A DNA stretch of 64,000 bases, from assembly GCA_965645245.1 (NCBI GenBank), contig OZ287074.1, positions 868,001 to 932,000 on the forward strand, given 5' to 3'. This stretch comes from Massalongia carnosa. Lineage: Eukaryota. Under the pieces are notes generated by a model. It saw nothing but the letters and a program-made list of their open reading frames with translations. It had not been told where the DNA came from and made no database searches. Of the stretch, positions 63,284-64,000 are shown piece after piece; positions within the stretch are counted from its first letter, which is position 1, and every line of letters starts with the position of its first letter. The position numbers and the translations under genes are program-made.

Positions 63284-64000
63284 AATATCTACAGCGACGC
63301 GCTTCGTTGCTCCCGATTCCGTAGCTTCATTTAGGAAGAAAATCTGACGCCGAGGACGATATCACGAAGGATGGATAGTTCGCGCGAGGTTCGTTGTCGC
63401 ATTGATTGGCGGCGCAATATTTATTGAGTTCCCGACTAACACTTGATTCCTCCGCTCAGGACAGAGACATCAATATGTCACCAATTCAACCCATGTGCTT
63501 TGGAGGATTTTGTGTTTAGGCGGCTGGGCTGGGCTAGTTAAGGCTACATGGGTCGGGCTGGATGACGAAAGGCAGGAACGGGAACACGAAACGGTTTCTG
63601 TTGCTTCCATCGACTTATATTTTTAAGCGGAGATACCCGGCGCACACGCGCGCCTTTTTCAATAAATTAAAATTAAAAAAATTTTCTTTTCAGAATCTTT
63701 TCTTCCTCTCTGTTTCAATTCACACTCTCGACAATGAGAAATAATTTTTCGGAGAAAGACAGCTAGCCAAGACTATTGCGGTGCACATAACGAGCCCGGT
63801 CCGAGATGCGTATTTGATTTTCCAGCCAGAAGCATTGTGTTGAAATAGGTATATGACTATGGCTATATGGCTATGTAATAATAAAGGTATGTATGACCGT
63901 GATGTTAAGGATGAAGAGTTGCTATGCAGCAATCTTTTCCTATTACTGGTCACCCTTCTAAGCGAGGTGATCTTATCTTATCTTGGGACTAAGCCTAATG

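Overview
This is eukaryotic DNA from a filamentous ascomycete (Pezizomycotina), judged from short GT-AG introns with CTRAC/CTAAY branch points and the gene content. The left ~17 kb is gene-poor. It holds an F-box-like gene, low-complexity DNA and an intact 1327-bp IS630/Tc1-type DNA transposon. The rest is a dense block of housekeeping genes: a C2H2 transcription factor, a Yvc1-like TRP channel, PI31, a repeat-bearing conserved hypothetical protein, Ulp1, a GH72 Gel/Gas enzyme, TOM20, EXO84, a TMEM42-like protein, TOA2, VMA16, CnxE/gephyrin, POP5, GPN2, BUB3, SSN8, an ABHD11-like hydrolase and SAL1. The most striking observation is the transposon. It has a DD38E Tc1-like transposase and perfect 46-bp TIRs starting with CAC, but it is flanked by a 5-bp GTTGG duplication instead of the canonical TA, and excising it with one GTTGG copy restores a host reading frame. 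Other points of interest are a degenerate solo LTR between PI31 and the channel, a channel pore encoded by microexons, a 270-nt in-frame stop-free intron in SAL1, and a recurring C-rich to G-rich skew that shapes protein sequence. Gene models and family calls were made by eye with no database searches, so exon boundaries and symbols need confirmation.
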